From: Hydrolagus colliei
Lineage: Eukaryota
Assembly: GCA_035084275.1 (NCBI GenBank)
Contig: JAYJKW010000485.1
Span: 1 to 64,000, forward strand
DNA length: 64,000 nt
Direction of reading: 5' to 3'
This document shows positions 13,833 to 25,140 of the stretch, piece by piece. The notes under the pieces were generated by a model. That model worked only from the letters and a program-made list of their open reading frames with translations. It was not told the origin of the DNA and did not search any database. Each line of letters opens with the position of its first letter. Position 1 is the first letter of the stretch. A program made the translations under genes and the position numbers.

Positions 13833-15371
13833 GTGGAAAATGTATTGCATCGTTGTCGGGAATATCTAATAAAGAAAATTAATGCAGAGAACTGCGTGCG
13901 ATTACTGAGCTTTGCAGATTTATACAGCTGTGAAGAGCTAAAAGCAAGTGCAAAGCGAATGGTGGAGCATAAATTCACTGCTGTTTACCACCAGGAAGCT
14001 TTTCTACAGCTGTCACATGACCTACTGATAGATATCCTTAGCAGTGACAATTTAAATGTGGAGAAGGAAGAGACTGTCCGTGAAGCTGCAATGGTGTGGC
14101 TTGAATATGACACAGAGTCGCGATCTCAGTATCTGTCTTCTGTCCTTGGGCAAATCAGAATAGATGCACTTTCTGAAGTAACTCAGAGGGCCTGGTTCCA
14201 AGGCTTACCCCCAAATGATAAATCCGTGGTGGTACAGGGACTATATAAGTCCATGCCGAAATTTTTCAAGCCAAGACTTGGCATGACTAAAGAAGAGATG
14301 CTGATATTGATTGAGGCAGCTGGCGAAAGTCCGAGTTCTTCCTTTTGTGCTGTTTGTTATAGCCCCCAAGCAGAGAAAGTGTACAAACTATGTAAGCCAC
14401 CAGGGGACTTGAAGAGGGTAGGGACACTTGTTACCCCTGACAATGATATTTACATCGCGGGTGGACAAATACCTTTAAAAAATTCTATCACCAATAATAT
14501 CAAAGCAAGTAAACTTCAGGCTTCCTATAGACCTGTGAATTGTTTCTATTTGTTTGATGCTCAGCAGAACACATGGGTTCCCAAAACTCCAATGTTGTAT
14601 GCTCGCATCCGACCTTCCTTGGTCTGCTGTGGAGGCTATATCTATGCAATTGGAGGTGACTGTGTTAGTGGGGAAATGAACAAACGGACTGTGGAAAGGT
14701 ATGATTGTGAACGAGATGAATGGACGTTGGTGAGTCCCCTGCCTTATGCTTGGCAGTGGAACGCAGCAGTTGCAGTTCACGATTACATTTACGTGATGGC
14801 CCACAATCTAACATTTGGCTACTGCCCACGTACAGGCACTTGGGTTGAAATGGCTATGCGTCAAACCAGCAGGTGTTTTGCCTCAGCTGCATCCTTTGGA
14901 AACAAAATCTTCTACATTGGCGGTCTCCATATTGGAAATAACTCGGGCATCAGAATACCTTCTAGCACTGTAGATGGTTCTTCTGTAACTGTTGAAATCT
15001 ATGACGTGATCAAAAATGAGTGGAAGATAGCAACCAATATCCCAGCAAAGCGCTACTCTGATCCTTGTGTAAGAGCAGTTGTGGTCTTGAGTTCCCTGTG
15101 TGTGTTCATGAGAGAGACTCACATCAATGAAAAACCCAAGTATGCAATCTATCAGTACAACCTTGAACTGGACCAGTGGATTCTGCGTCAGTCCGTTTCA
15201 GAGCGAGTCCTCTGGGACCTCGGCAAAGATTTCCGGTGTACTATGGGAAAACTTTACCCTTCGTGTCTCGAGGAATCACTTTGGAAGCCTCCACCGTCTC
15301 TGTTCTCACCAGATGGAGCGGATGAGTTTGAGTTGGATGGAGAGATGGTTGCATTGCCATTAAATAGTTAG
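13833..15371 (+). CDS. KBTBD2: KBTBD2 last coding exon (BACK domain and kelch repeats)
   Basis: gtctttttgcag|GTG GAA; 513 codons including the stop; kelch motifs (IYIAGG, IYAIGG, VERYD, IFYIGG, VEIYD); ends [14 protein letters not shown]. The spliced CDS is 623 aa. Confidence 0.98.
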   Translation: MENVLHRCREYLIKKINAENCVRLLSFADLYSCEELKASAKRMVEHKFTAVYHQEAFLQLSHDLLIDILSSDNLNVEKEETVREAAMVWLEYDTESRSQYLSSVLGQIRIDALSEVTQRAWFQGLPPNDKSVVVQGLYKSMPKFFKPRLGMTKEEMLILIEAAGESPSSSFCAVCYSPQAEKVYKLCKPPGDLKRVGTLVTPDNDIYIAGGQIPLKNSITNNIKASKLQASYRPVNCFYLFDAQQNTWVPKTPMLYARIRPSLVCCGGYIYAIGGDCVSGEMNKRTVERYDCERDEWTLVSPLPYAWQWNAAVAVHDYIYVMAHNLTFGYCPRTGTWVEMAMRQTSRCFASAASFGNKIFYIGGLHIGNNSGIRIPSSTVDGSSVTVEIYDVIKNEWKIATNIPAKRYSDPCVRAVVVLSSLCVFMRETHINEKPKYAIYQYNLELDQWILRQSVSERVLWDLGKDFRCTMGKLYPSCLEESLWKPPPSLFSPDGADEFELDGEMVALPLNS

Positions 15372-16340
15372 CCAGATATGGGCACAGTTATTGTGGATTC
15401 TTAAGATGTACATAACAGAGCAATGTGTACGTCGCAATCTTCCAGATCAGCACAGGGTTTATTTTAGCAGATTGGGCAGTAACTGTTCAGCCCAGCATGT
15501 CATTAACATTGTATTGTGTAAATAACTGAGAATCTTCCAGTTACGTGTTGTACCTTCTAATATTCCCAGATACCATCTGTTCTGCTAATGACCATATTAT
15601 TGTTACAATGCGACTAATTTACAAAAAGAAACATTGCATTACTTACCCCCCAAATCCCTGGATTTAACTATGAAAGTATGAAATTCTACAGATCTTCCCA
15701 GTGAAAATAGACTGGGTGAGGTGGCTGACTGCGGGTCCAGTCAAAGGCTGTTTATTAGATGCATGTACTTCATTATCCGTAAAATATTCCCATTAATCCC
15801 AGGTTGCAGGTCTTCCAAGCAGCTGGTAGTTTACCAGATGTGTATTAGTGGAGGCTGTGTATTGAATGCCAGCCTCTTATATTGCGGGTCTGTGTGGAGC
15901 TTCAATCACTTACATGTGACTCCACATTACAAGTAACATAGGCTCATCCATATTACGACTTCCTGCTGCTGATATTTCATTTGTACGACAAGTTTTAGTG
16001 AGTAACAGTCAGGTCTTTATTTTGTATTTCATTAATTTAATAAGGCAACCGTTACTGTAGTGTGATTGTGTATAGGTATTCTAGTTGTTAGGTTTTTAAT
16101 ACAGTTGGTTTGAGTGAAATGTTTCAAGAATGATCTGTACCCCACGTGCAGGAGAACAGAAGAGCCCCGGCACTGCTCTGGCTTGACAGCCGGGATCCAC
16201 TAGCAGCCGCTGGTCCCTTCATTCTAACATGAGCACAGGTGCTTCATGAAATCCCTACTAGCATGTTCAGCTGCATTGTGTTCCTTTGGCACTGTACTTT
16301 GAATGAATTTAATTTATTAAAAACCTTCACATAACTAAAT
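15372..16340 (+). other. KBTBD2: KBTBD2 3' UTR with probable ATTAAA poly(A) signal at 16316-16321
   Basis: Repeat-free AT-rich segment after the stop; ATTAAA followed by a T-rich element (ctgtttttatt). Confidence 0.55.
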
Positions 16341-16924
16341 CTGTTTTTATTTAAATGTGCGGCTGGGTACTAACTTTGTGAGGAAATGATCCAAGGTTAC
16401 TTCTCCGGAGATGGAATTCTCTTTTGAAGACTGCAGTTTACAGTATTGTAAAATATCTTACCAACTGCTCAGGGAACCTGGATTTTCTATTACATTGTTC
16501 AGAAGACTTCATAACTGGAGTCCCTAATGAAATTTGGAAATATTGCATCACTTCAGCAGTAAGTATTCTATAATTTGGATATGTTGTTGGTAGTTATTTT
16601 AAGGGCTTCAGCATTTTCATTTCAAATTCAACTTCCATTCATTTACTTTGTAGCTTCCCATCGGACATCAGTTCTGCAATATTTGCAGTATTCTGCCATC
16701 ATAATAATACTTGCATTTGATTTAGCGCTTTTCATGTCTTCTAGACTTCTCAAAGAACTTCACAGAATATACTGTAATGTGAATTATTATTGAGGCCCTC
16801 ACTCCTATTACCCCGATCCTTGTGATTCCACTGACTTCTACTCCCTAACTGAATCAACTTCCAATACCCTCACTTATTGGTATTGGTGATTGCCTTCAAC
16901 TCGGGAATTCTTGCATCTTCTATA

Positions 16925-17640
16925 ACAATAATAAAATTACACTTCTATAGCGTCTTTCATGTCAGGAGGATGTCCCAAGGTGCTGGACAGTTACTGCTTC
17001 AGACCTGGGATGGGAAGGGATAAGGAAATGCCATTGGGTCCACCGAAGAGGAGAATTTTGATGCGGGACTTGAAGGAGGCCAGGGAGAGGACGAGGCGCA
17101 GGGGCTGCAGGATGGAGTTCCAGAAGTTGGGAGCAGAGTGGCTGAAGGCTCGTCCACCAATGGTGGGGTGGGTGGGTTGGGGGACGTGGAGTAGGCCAGA
17201 GCCTGCTGAGTGGAGGGGGTGGGCAGTTTGGTGAGGGGATGGGTCACTTGAAGGGTGGGGTGGGGCTTTAAATGTGAAGACCAAGATTTGAATTGGATCC
17301 TCTGGGTGATGGGAAGCCAGTGGAGTTTGGGTCACGGAGTTTGGAACGGTAGAGGACATGGGCCGCAGAGTTCTGGATTATCTGCAGCCTGTGGAGGGAG
17401 GAATTGGGAAGGCTGATCAGCAGGGCATTTGCGTAATCGAGCCGGGATGTAAAGAAAGCGTGGATGAGTTTCAGCGGCTTTGGGGATAAGGTAGCGGCAG
17501 AGTTGGGCAATGTTGCGGAGATAAGGAAAGGCAGAGTGGGTCATTGCTCGAATGGGGTGGGAGGAAAGACAGTTGAGGGTCGAACAAGACACCTAGGTTC
17601 CTGACTGGCTTGGTGAGGTTGAATGTGCAACCATGGAAGT
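16925..17640 (-). mobile_element. L2 LINE, 5'-truncated
   Basis: ORF remnants LIHAFFTSRLDYANALL, VRNLGVLFDPQLSF and FWNSILQPLRL; (TTG/TTA)n tail. Confidence 0.88.
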
Positions 17641-18118
17641 TGATTCTACTGCTTACATTAAAATTATTTTTGGCCAATGACCTACCATCTCCTCAGGTAG
17701 CTGATCCACTTATTCTACATGAAAACCACAAAGCTGATCAGCCTTTATTCCACATGCCTGCTAGGTTTATGTAAACAGCCGGCTTTAAAATTTGCATCAA
17801 GTGCCTTTTCTGCTTTCACTTTTATTGCAGACTGTCTTATCCAGTCTTAGGTGCACATTTATAGCATGGAAGCAATGCTGACATCGATTCCAGTCATACT
17901 GGATTTGTATTTCCTCACCCTGAGGAGCAGTTGGTGGGACTAAAGACGGTCAGTGATGAATTGGTTGTAGAAGCACTGAACTCGTCACTTCATACGTACT
18001 TGTACCATAATCTTTTCTTTTGAGATCCATCGAAGTGAACAATTTAAAACTGCAGCTTATGTCAATTTAACTTTGGAGAGGCTTGCAGAATGGATGTAAA
18101 TATTGAAAATTGCTTCTA

Positions 18119-18410
18119 CAGTAAAACCTTAACATTCTGAAAACTGGCAACTCCCTAAAAACAGCAAAATTTCAAAATACACCTTTTTTCCCCAATGTCT
18201 GGCAAATCTGAAGTTCAGAACAGCTGCTTGTGGTTTCCGGCGTCGCCGCTCTGTCATCCTGCGCTGTGGTTGGAGCTTGGCTTCAGGAATGTATTTAGTG
18301 TTTGCGTTGGTGCCTCCCCCAGCCATTTCTAGGGTAGGTTCTAAATACCAGCAAACTGAAATCCAGGAGTTGAGTGGGCCCAACTGTGCCGGATTATCGA
18401 GATTTTACTA
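18119..18410. mobile_element. Tigger/pogo-like MITE
   Basis: TA-cagtaaaacct...gattttacta-TA degenerate TIRs. Confidence 0.6.
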
Positions 18411-19064
18411 TATGTTGATTATTTTATTGTCACTTTGCCAAAAGATAAATTGATATGCAAATATAATACTGAAGGGAATGAATAGTGCAGATATATATGG
18501 ACTAGTTGACACTGGTCAGGACTCTAAATTATGAAGTGAGACACAGAGCTAAACTGTTTATGTTGGGAGAAACTCAGGTCTTAAAATATCAAGAGGTAGA
18601 GTAATAAGGTTTCTAATGAACAGGACACTGCTTGAAAATTAACCCATGTGTCATGTTCAATCCGCGGCTATCCTTTCTACCCTCCCATCTGATCCCAGCC
18701 GAGGACTACTTTTTCTCCACCTGTCACATTGTGTACCTCACATCCAACACAGCCAAAAGCCTTATCCAAAAAAGTCATGAACTCTTGCCTAATTATTCCA
18801 ATGCCCTGCTCCATCATTCATAAAATCCAATTCAATCTTAATTAATTAAGCAGAGAAAACTCTGCTTTTCCAGGCTCTCAATACTGCAGAAAAGATTGAT
18901 TTCAAGATCCTCACATTCACGTACAAATCATGTTTGTACCTTTCTAAACTTGAGCCAGACACAGCATCTGAGGATCTTAACGTTTGATGAGAATATACAA
19001 GAGTACTTACTACAAGAGGTCTCCTATCAATCTTTTTTTAATTAAAAAAAACAAGACCCTGATA

Positions 19065-21918
19065 CACAACCGAGTTTGAGAGATTTAATCAATTCCGAAC
19101 TAAACATGACTTGTACATCTGTGCAAAAATCCTAGAAACAGCAAAAACATTTTTCACTGGTATAATTACAAGATTAAGATTTTTTTTAAAACACAAAATA
19201 TCAAATAAGTTCATACCTTAAGTCCGTAGAATGTTTAAACTAAGTGAATGGAAATGTAATGAATTTGTACTAAACATTTGCAGAGCTATATTTTCTATAG
19301 AATCACATTAAAACTACAGTGTAACATGTACATCTCATTCACAGGTTCTGCTTTACATAGAATTTAAATATTTTGAATAAAATAACTTCATTAAGTGTTT
19401 GACTATGAGCAAAACCACAGCATAGATCAAGCCGAAAAACTATACTTTTCACATTTTCTATTTCATAGTTGAAACTATTCCTGCAATAAAAAAATTATAT
19501 TTTTTGTCTGGCAGTAAAACTTTCAGAATGCTTCTGCAATCTGTGCTCCCACAGGCCTTACAGAAGGTGAATCTACAAAAGAAAAACTTTCAGACTTTCT
19601 CTAAATCTGCATTGAGTTATAATTAGTTACAGATCACTGAGTTTTTTGGGGTCAGCTGGGTGTTTCACACAGGCGGAAACCATCATCGCTCTATCCAAAG
19701 AGTATCCAAACATCTCATCTACCCATGGACATCCCAGAGATAGATTGTTGGAATGGGATGCGCACTCTCCCTGGAGTGATGCCTCCTGCTTACCTAGTTC
19801 TGGAGTATTAATTGTGAGGTTAACAACACAATATCATTTTTATATAATGTTGGAATGCCTTTGGACAACTTTATCCTTTTCCTTTTATCCATTTTTAATA
19901 ACGAATAAATCTGGGATGATGGCCGTCAGGAGAACAGAAGGTGGAATGAAAGAATGTTGGCCCTGCAAATAGTAACCAATTAAATGTTAAGGGCTGGGAA
20001 ATTTGAGGGAGGTTGAAAGATTCTTCCCCTAAATTACTCAAAATATACAAGTACATTTTATTCCATAACAAGCTACACATGCAATCTATTGCCTGAACAG
20101 GAGATATAAAAATTCAATCATGCTGAAGATTGAGAGAAGCATGTTTTTAAACCATATTGCTACTTAAAATGATGTTGAGTTTGTGGGATAATAATCCTCA
20201 AAAAAACAATAAATGTAATTTCAATCCATGACTCTTTGTGGGACACCTCTTTGCGTGCAATTGGCTGTCGTGTTTTGCCCACAAATATACAGTCAATTCA
20301 CTTTCAGTATATTCTGTGAAGTGCTTTGAGATGTGATAAGGCGCTATAACAAATGCAAGGATATTATTATGTCTACCAATCTGAACCCACCGAGTGTAAT
20401 ACAATGACATCTAGCACAACATTTTATATTTGTAATACGATCTCACCAAATAGTTAATTTGCTAAAGTTACTAACAAAAGAGCCATTCAGTGAACATGTC
20501 ACTCAGATAATACACTTGGTTAGTTTTCATGATTTACTGTATTGCAGTGCTAAACATCTGAGAAGGAAGCAAGATAGCATTCTCAGTAGCTGAGCCCAGA
20601 ATGACATTTCCCCTTTATTACATTCCCAGTAATTTAAATATAACTTGTTCATAATCAAATACATGCAGCATATAAATGCTCCTTGCACAAGCTAAGTTTT
20701 TTTTGGTAATGACTTGGGTTTAAAATAAAAACTAAGATCCATACATATATTTCAAGCAGCAAACCCTGTGGTACAAAATTCATTTTTAAGAGTAGGAGCA
20801 GGTTTCAATGATAAAAAGGTACTTATCTTTCATTCAATGACTGCTGAACTCAAAATTTCAAACAGGCTTTGACAGACTGCCATTAAAAATGTAAAAAGTT
20901 TACCAATTTATTTGAATATTGACAACCCAAATCCCAAATGATGGCCAATGTTCCATTTGTCATTGTAGTTAACCGATTTAATAACAATAAATTTTCATGT
21001 CTGATTAAAGGACATCTTAAAGACAACTAGCTAAAAAGTGCCATTTTCTGGATGCCCCTTTGTGATATTCTTGTTAAATCTAGGCTGTTAGCATGTGTAT
21101 CTGACCAGTTACATTTAACACAAAGCAGGAGTGGGGAAAGAAACCATATGGTTACAGTAAAACCAGTGTTAGGAGAGAACACTTGCCCATCACCTACCAA
21201 CATTGCTTTTACATTATGGGTTTGTTTGCCTCCATTGGCAACAAGTAAGAAATGTGGCCAAATTTTCAGGCATTGTGAATATCTGTAAACATTTACTGGA
21301 ATTGGATCTCCCAATGTCTCTGAGTCTACAGTGAGGCAATCTGATAACCAAGTGAGTTTGGTGTCAATGCTGTTCCTCAGCAGAACTTAAGTGATATTGA
21401 TATGTTTCTTTCAATTAGACAACTCGTCCCCTCTGGTTCCGCTATAGTTATTTAGGTAACAGATCTAGAAAATGTGATTCAGACTCATCTCCTGACTTCT
21501 GCTACTATTATTTAATTAAAAGACAATTGCGGAAACTACTTTAAATGTTGCATGTTCCATTGTGGAAAATAGAACAAACGGGTTCCAAAATTTTAAAGTG
21601 GCAGCTGTGCTGCAGAACAAAGCTGAGTTTCAATGACTTCTCTTTTCCATTTCTCCAGATCCAAAATATAAAAGCGACATTAGAAGAGAAACCAGAAAAC
21701 ATGGAACAGTGAAAATCAATTGGTCCAGCTTGAGACTGTATATAGAGAACAGATAAAACACTGATGTGTGTAGTCTTCATAAACAACACCGAAATAGGCC
21801 ATCAGTGAATTACATGATCTGTAATAAAAGGAATGATGGAGTTCCAGCTCACCATACAAAATGGTGCACCCAGTGCCTACTGTAAATAGCACAGCTCTGA
21901 TTGTGTAAATAGCACAGC
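19065..21918 (-). other. AVL9: AVL9 3' UTR (inferred extent), candidate ATTAAA at 19089-19084 and alternative AATAAA at 20062-20057
   Basis: Follows the stop codon; poly(A) hexamers on the minus strand, with a GT-rich element downstream of the distal one. Contains a SINE fragment at ~20195-20370. Confidence 0.45.
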
Positions 21919-22034
21919 CTATTGCTTTTCTCCTTGTCCTTCAGTTTGTGGTGCTGCTGTCTGCTGGTTGAAAGGTGAAAACCAAGAACTCATGACTGAC
22001 TTGGCATTAGTCAATGCCTCTCCCACAGACTGAC
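21919..22034 (-). CDS. AVL9: AVL9 (late secretory pathway, DENN-like) exon 16, last coding exon
   Basis: cctgctgcag|GT CAG...; GQSVGEALTNAKSVMSSWFSPFNQQTAAPQTEGQGEKQ*; 116 nt. Confidence 0.92.
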
Positions 22035-22452
22035 CTGCAGCAGGAACCAACACAAATAAATAGATTAGAATAGTATAATCAAGCAACTGAGATTATTCAG
22101 AGATCCTAACCAGCTAGAGTTCAAATACAAAAAGCAAGTTAAAAACTGGGAATTGTAAATAAGGAGGGTAATCAAGCTTCACTTTGTTTGGCTCAGTATG
22201 TAATTACTGGTAAAATAAGGCACCAAAGAAGGACATTGATGAGGAAATAAGAGTTGGAGGATATGGTTGGTAGAACGTGACGGTGCCACTGTAAACCATG
22301 GCTGACAACTGAATAAACTCCCATTAATATACAAGAGATTTAACAATCCTCAAAGTAGTACTGCATCCTTGAAGTGCTTTGGAACATCTTCTCGACATGA
22401 AAGGCACTATAACAAAAAGCAAGGATTATTATTAGTATTATCTTTTTCTTAC

Positions 22453-22541
22453 CGACTGCCTTTCCTGTCTGTACCACACTGCGGCTGGTAGAGACCACTG
22501 CATTGCCAAGCTTCTTCCCACGTTCACTGTTCTGTACAGAA
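22453..22541 (-). CDS. AVL9: AVL9 exon 15
   Basis: SVQNSERGKKLGNAVVSTSRSVVQTGKAV; AG/GT flanks; 89 nt. Confidence 0.95.
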
Positions 22542-24409
22542 CTAAAGAAGCAAAAAAAAACTTCAGTTTAAAAATCCTTCAAGTCATAAATATGTATATG
22601 GTCTTTATATTTGGGGAAATATTCCTAAATCAGAAGCTGTAGTGAGATTTAATATTTTGTGCTATATGTGTGGCTCCTATTCTTTGTATGTGAACAGCAG
22701 TATGGCTACTTATTCCTCAAACAACCTTGCACCTAACCCTCAGTCTTAAATCTCTAAATACAGTGTGAGGGGGAGAACTTATTAATCATTCACCAGAGAA
22801 GGTGTAACTCTGTGAATAATGACTCCACATCCAAGTATCTGATAAAACAACCTGTTTACATAGAAGACCTTCATATTGGTAATAACTGTTCTGTGTTAAT
22901 TTCATTTTGCACAAGACCCTCTTTGACCTGTGAAAATACAATTTCTCTGAAATTTTTCAGAAAATACTCAAAAACATGACCACAATTTACAACAACAAGA
23001 AAATTACATTTGTATAGCACCTTTCAGAGTGGAATTTACAGTGTATAGTTAAAGGGATTTCTTGAAACATCATGCTGAGCCCTCCCACTCCAGCTCTGGG
23101 ATGACACTAATCCTTATTTATACATCAAATGACTGAGAAAGAGATCAACAACTTGTATTTATACAGCACCCATCACATAGGGTAGTATCTTGCAGCCCTT
23201 AGATCATGATTTACACACGAGAGAAAAGAGCAAAACAGATGCAAGCATGTTGGGTCTCTGCTAATTGCACTCCAATATGAGGGTGTAATGGAATTAATGA
23301 TACTGCATTGTTACATATTCATTTAAACTATGCTGGGAGGGAACAATCAAGACATTTGCTCAGCTTTGAAAAGTTACTGAAAGATACAAGTGGAGTATTT
23401 GGAGATCAGTAAAACATATTGCAGCAGTGGTAGCAAGTTAGGTTTTCAATGTAGTAAGCAAAGGAGTGCGAAGAAGGGCATTCTATAAATTTGTTGTAGT
23501 TAATAAGTTTAATCCAATAAATATGTGTTTGATTAAAGGACATATAAAAAAAACTCAAAAGTGGCATTATCTGGCTACCCATCTGACGAGCAAATGGAAA
23601 GGATTGGACTTTGTTCCAAAATGTATCACTTTGTTTTCATTAAAGTAAAACCCTGAAGTGGTCAGTTGCCTCCAGTCACCATGAGGATGCTTCTTCAGAA
23701 TAATAATTCCTCAAGAAAAAAGCCCAATAATAAATTAGTCATTTCAATCCATGACTATTTGAGGAACATTGCTGGCTGCATTTTGCCCACAAATATACAG
23801 TCAATTCACTTTACTGTATATTCTGTGAAGCGCTTTGAGATGCCTAGAAGACCTGAAAAGCGCTATGTCAAATGCAGGGATTGTTATTATTAATTTGTTC
23901 TTTAAAAAACAGTACCTAATGCAGATCAGACAGTACATTGCTTAAACTACAATTCCTGTAGCTTGTGAGCCCAACTTGCCCAAGTGGTGTCAGGTTATGT
24001 GAGATGAATTGCCTCATAAAAGGTAGAAACTATTCAGGTCTCTGCAGCTTATTTAACTATGCTCTTCCCTGAGTATTCGTTAAGGCAAATCACAATGACA
24101 AAACTTTTTTAAAAATCTAAGCAACCTTTCAATGTGATTAATTGTACAAATATCTATTTGGTTTTAAAACCCTTAGTTTACCATTACAAACATAACAATT
24201 ATAGTTGCAAGTTTGTCAGAGTTCCATTATTCATTGTGGAGTCTGTTTACAGGAGTCAGGTGACCATACCAGAGGTCAATTTCACTTCACTCAGACATGC
24301 AAAATTTATTTACATCTGTTTACAGCTCAAGCTCTCTCTGCTAACAGAGCAATAATGCAGATGGGACAATATTATGCATAACATTTCCAGTTTATGCACT
24401 CTAACAAAA

Positions 24410-24815
24410 TTACAATTGTAATAGCGCCTTTCACGTCGGGAGGATGTTCCAAGGCACTGGACAGTCAGTACTTCAGAACTGAGCTGGGGTAGGGATCTGG
24501 GAAAGTAGAGGGAAGAGAAGGGAAGGAGTGTTATCGATGGCAAAGTCTTAGAGGAGGGTTTTGAGGCAGGATTTGAAAGAGGCTAGGGAGGGGCAGAGGG
24601 ATTGCTGGATGGAATTCCAAAGGTTGGGGACAGAATGGCTAAAGGTTCGCCCACCGATGGTGGAGTGGGTGGGTGGGGAGACGTGGAGCAGTCCACTGAG
24701 TGGAGATTGGTAGAGGGTTAGGAGGTCGCAGAGGTTGGGTGGAGCAAGGCCGTGGAGGGCTTTAAAGGTGAGGACCAGGATGATGAATTGAATTGTCTGA
24801 ATGATGGGGAAACAT
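24410..24815 (-). mobile_element. L2 LINE 3' fragment
   Basis: ILVLTFKALHGLAPPNLCDLL and LWNSIQQSL remnants plus the 3' stem-loop tail. Confidence 0.85.
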
Positions 24816-24829
24816 ACTGGTCTAGACAT

Positions 24830-25140
24830 ACTAGTCCTGTAGATCAGTGATTGGAGTATTTGCCTCGCAAGCGAGAGACCTGGGTTCGATTCCAGGCGGG
24901 GTGAAACCTTGGGCAAGTTTCCTTACTCCACACACCTGATAATAATCCCTCAAGAAAAAAACCTAATAAATTGGTCACTTCAATCCACGACTGTTTATGG
25001 GGTACTGCTGTGCGTAATTCACTGCTGTGTTTTCCTCACAGTCAATTAACTTCACAGTATATTCCATGAAGCGCTCTGAGCCCTTTAGAAGATGTGAAAA
25101 GCACTATATCAAATGCAAGGAATATTATTATTATTACTAT
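24830..25140 (+). mobile_element. Full-length tRNA-derived SINE with L2-type tail
   Basis: B box ggttcgattcc, ttgggcaagtttccttactcc core, tail atcaaatgcaagga(tta)n. Confidence 0.88.
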
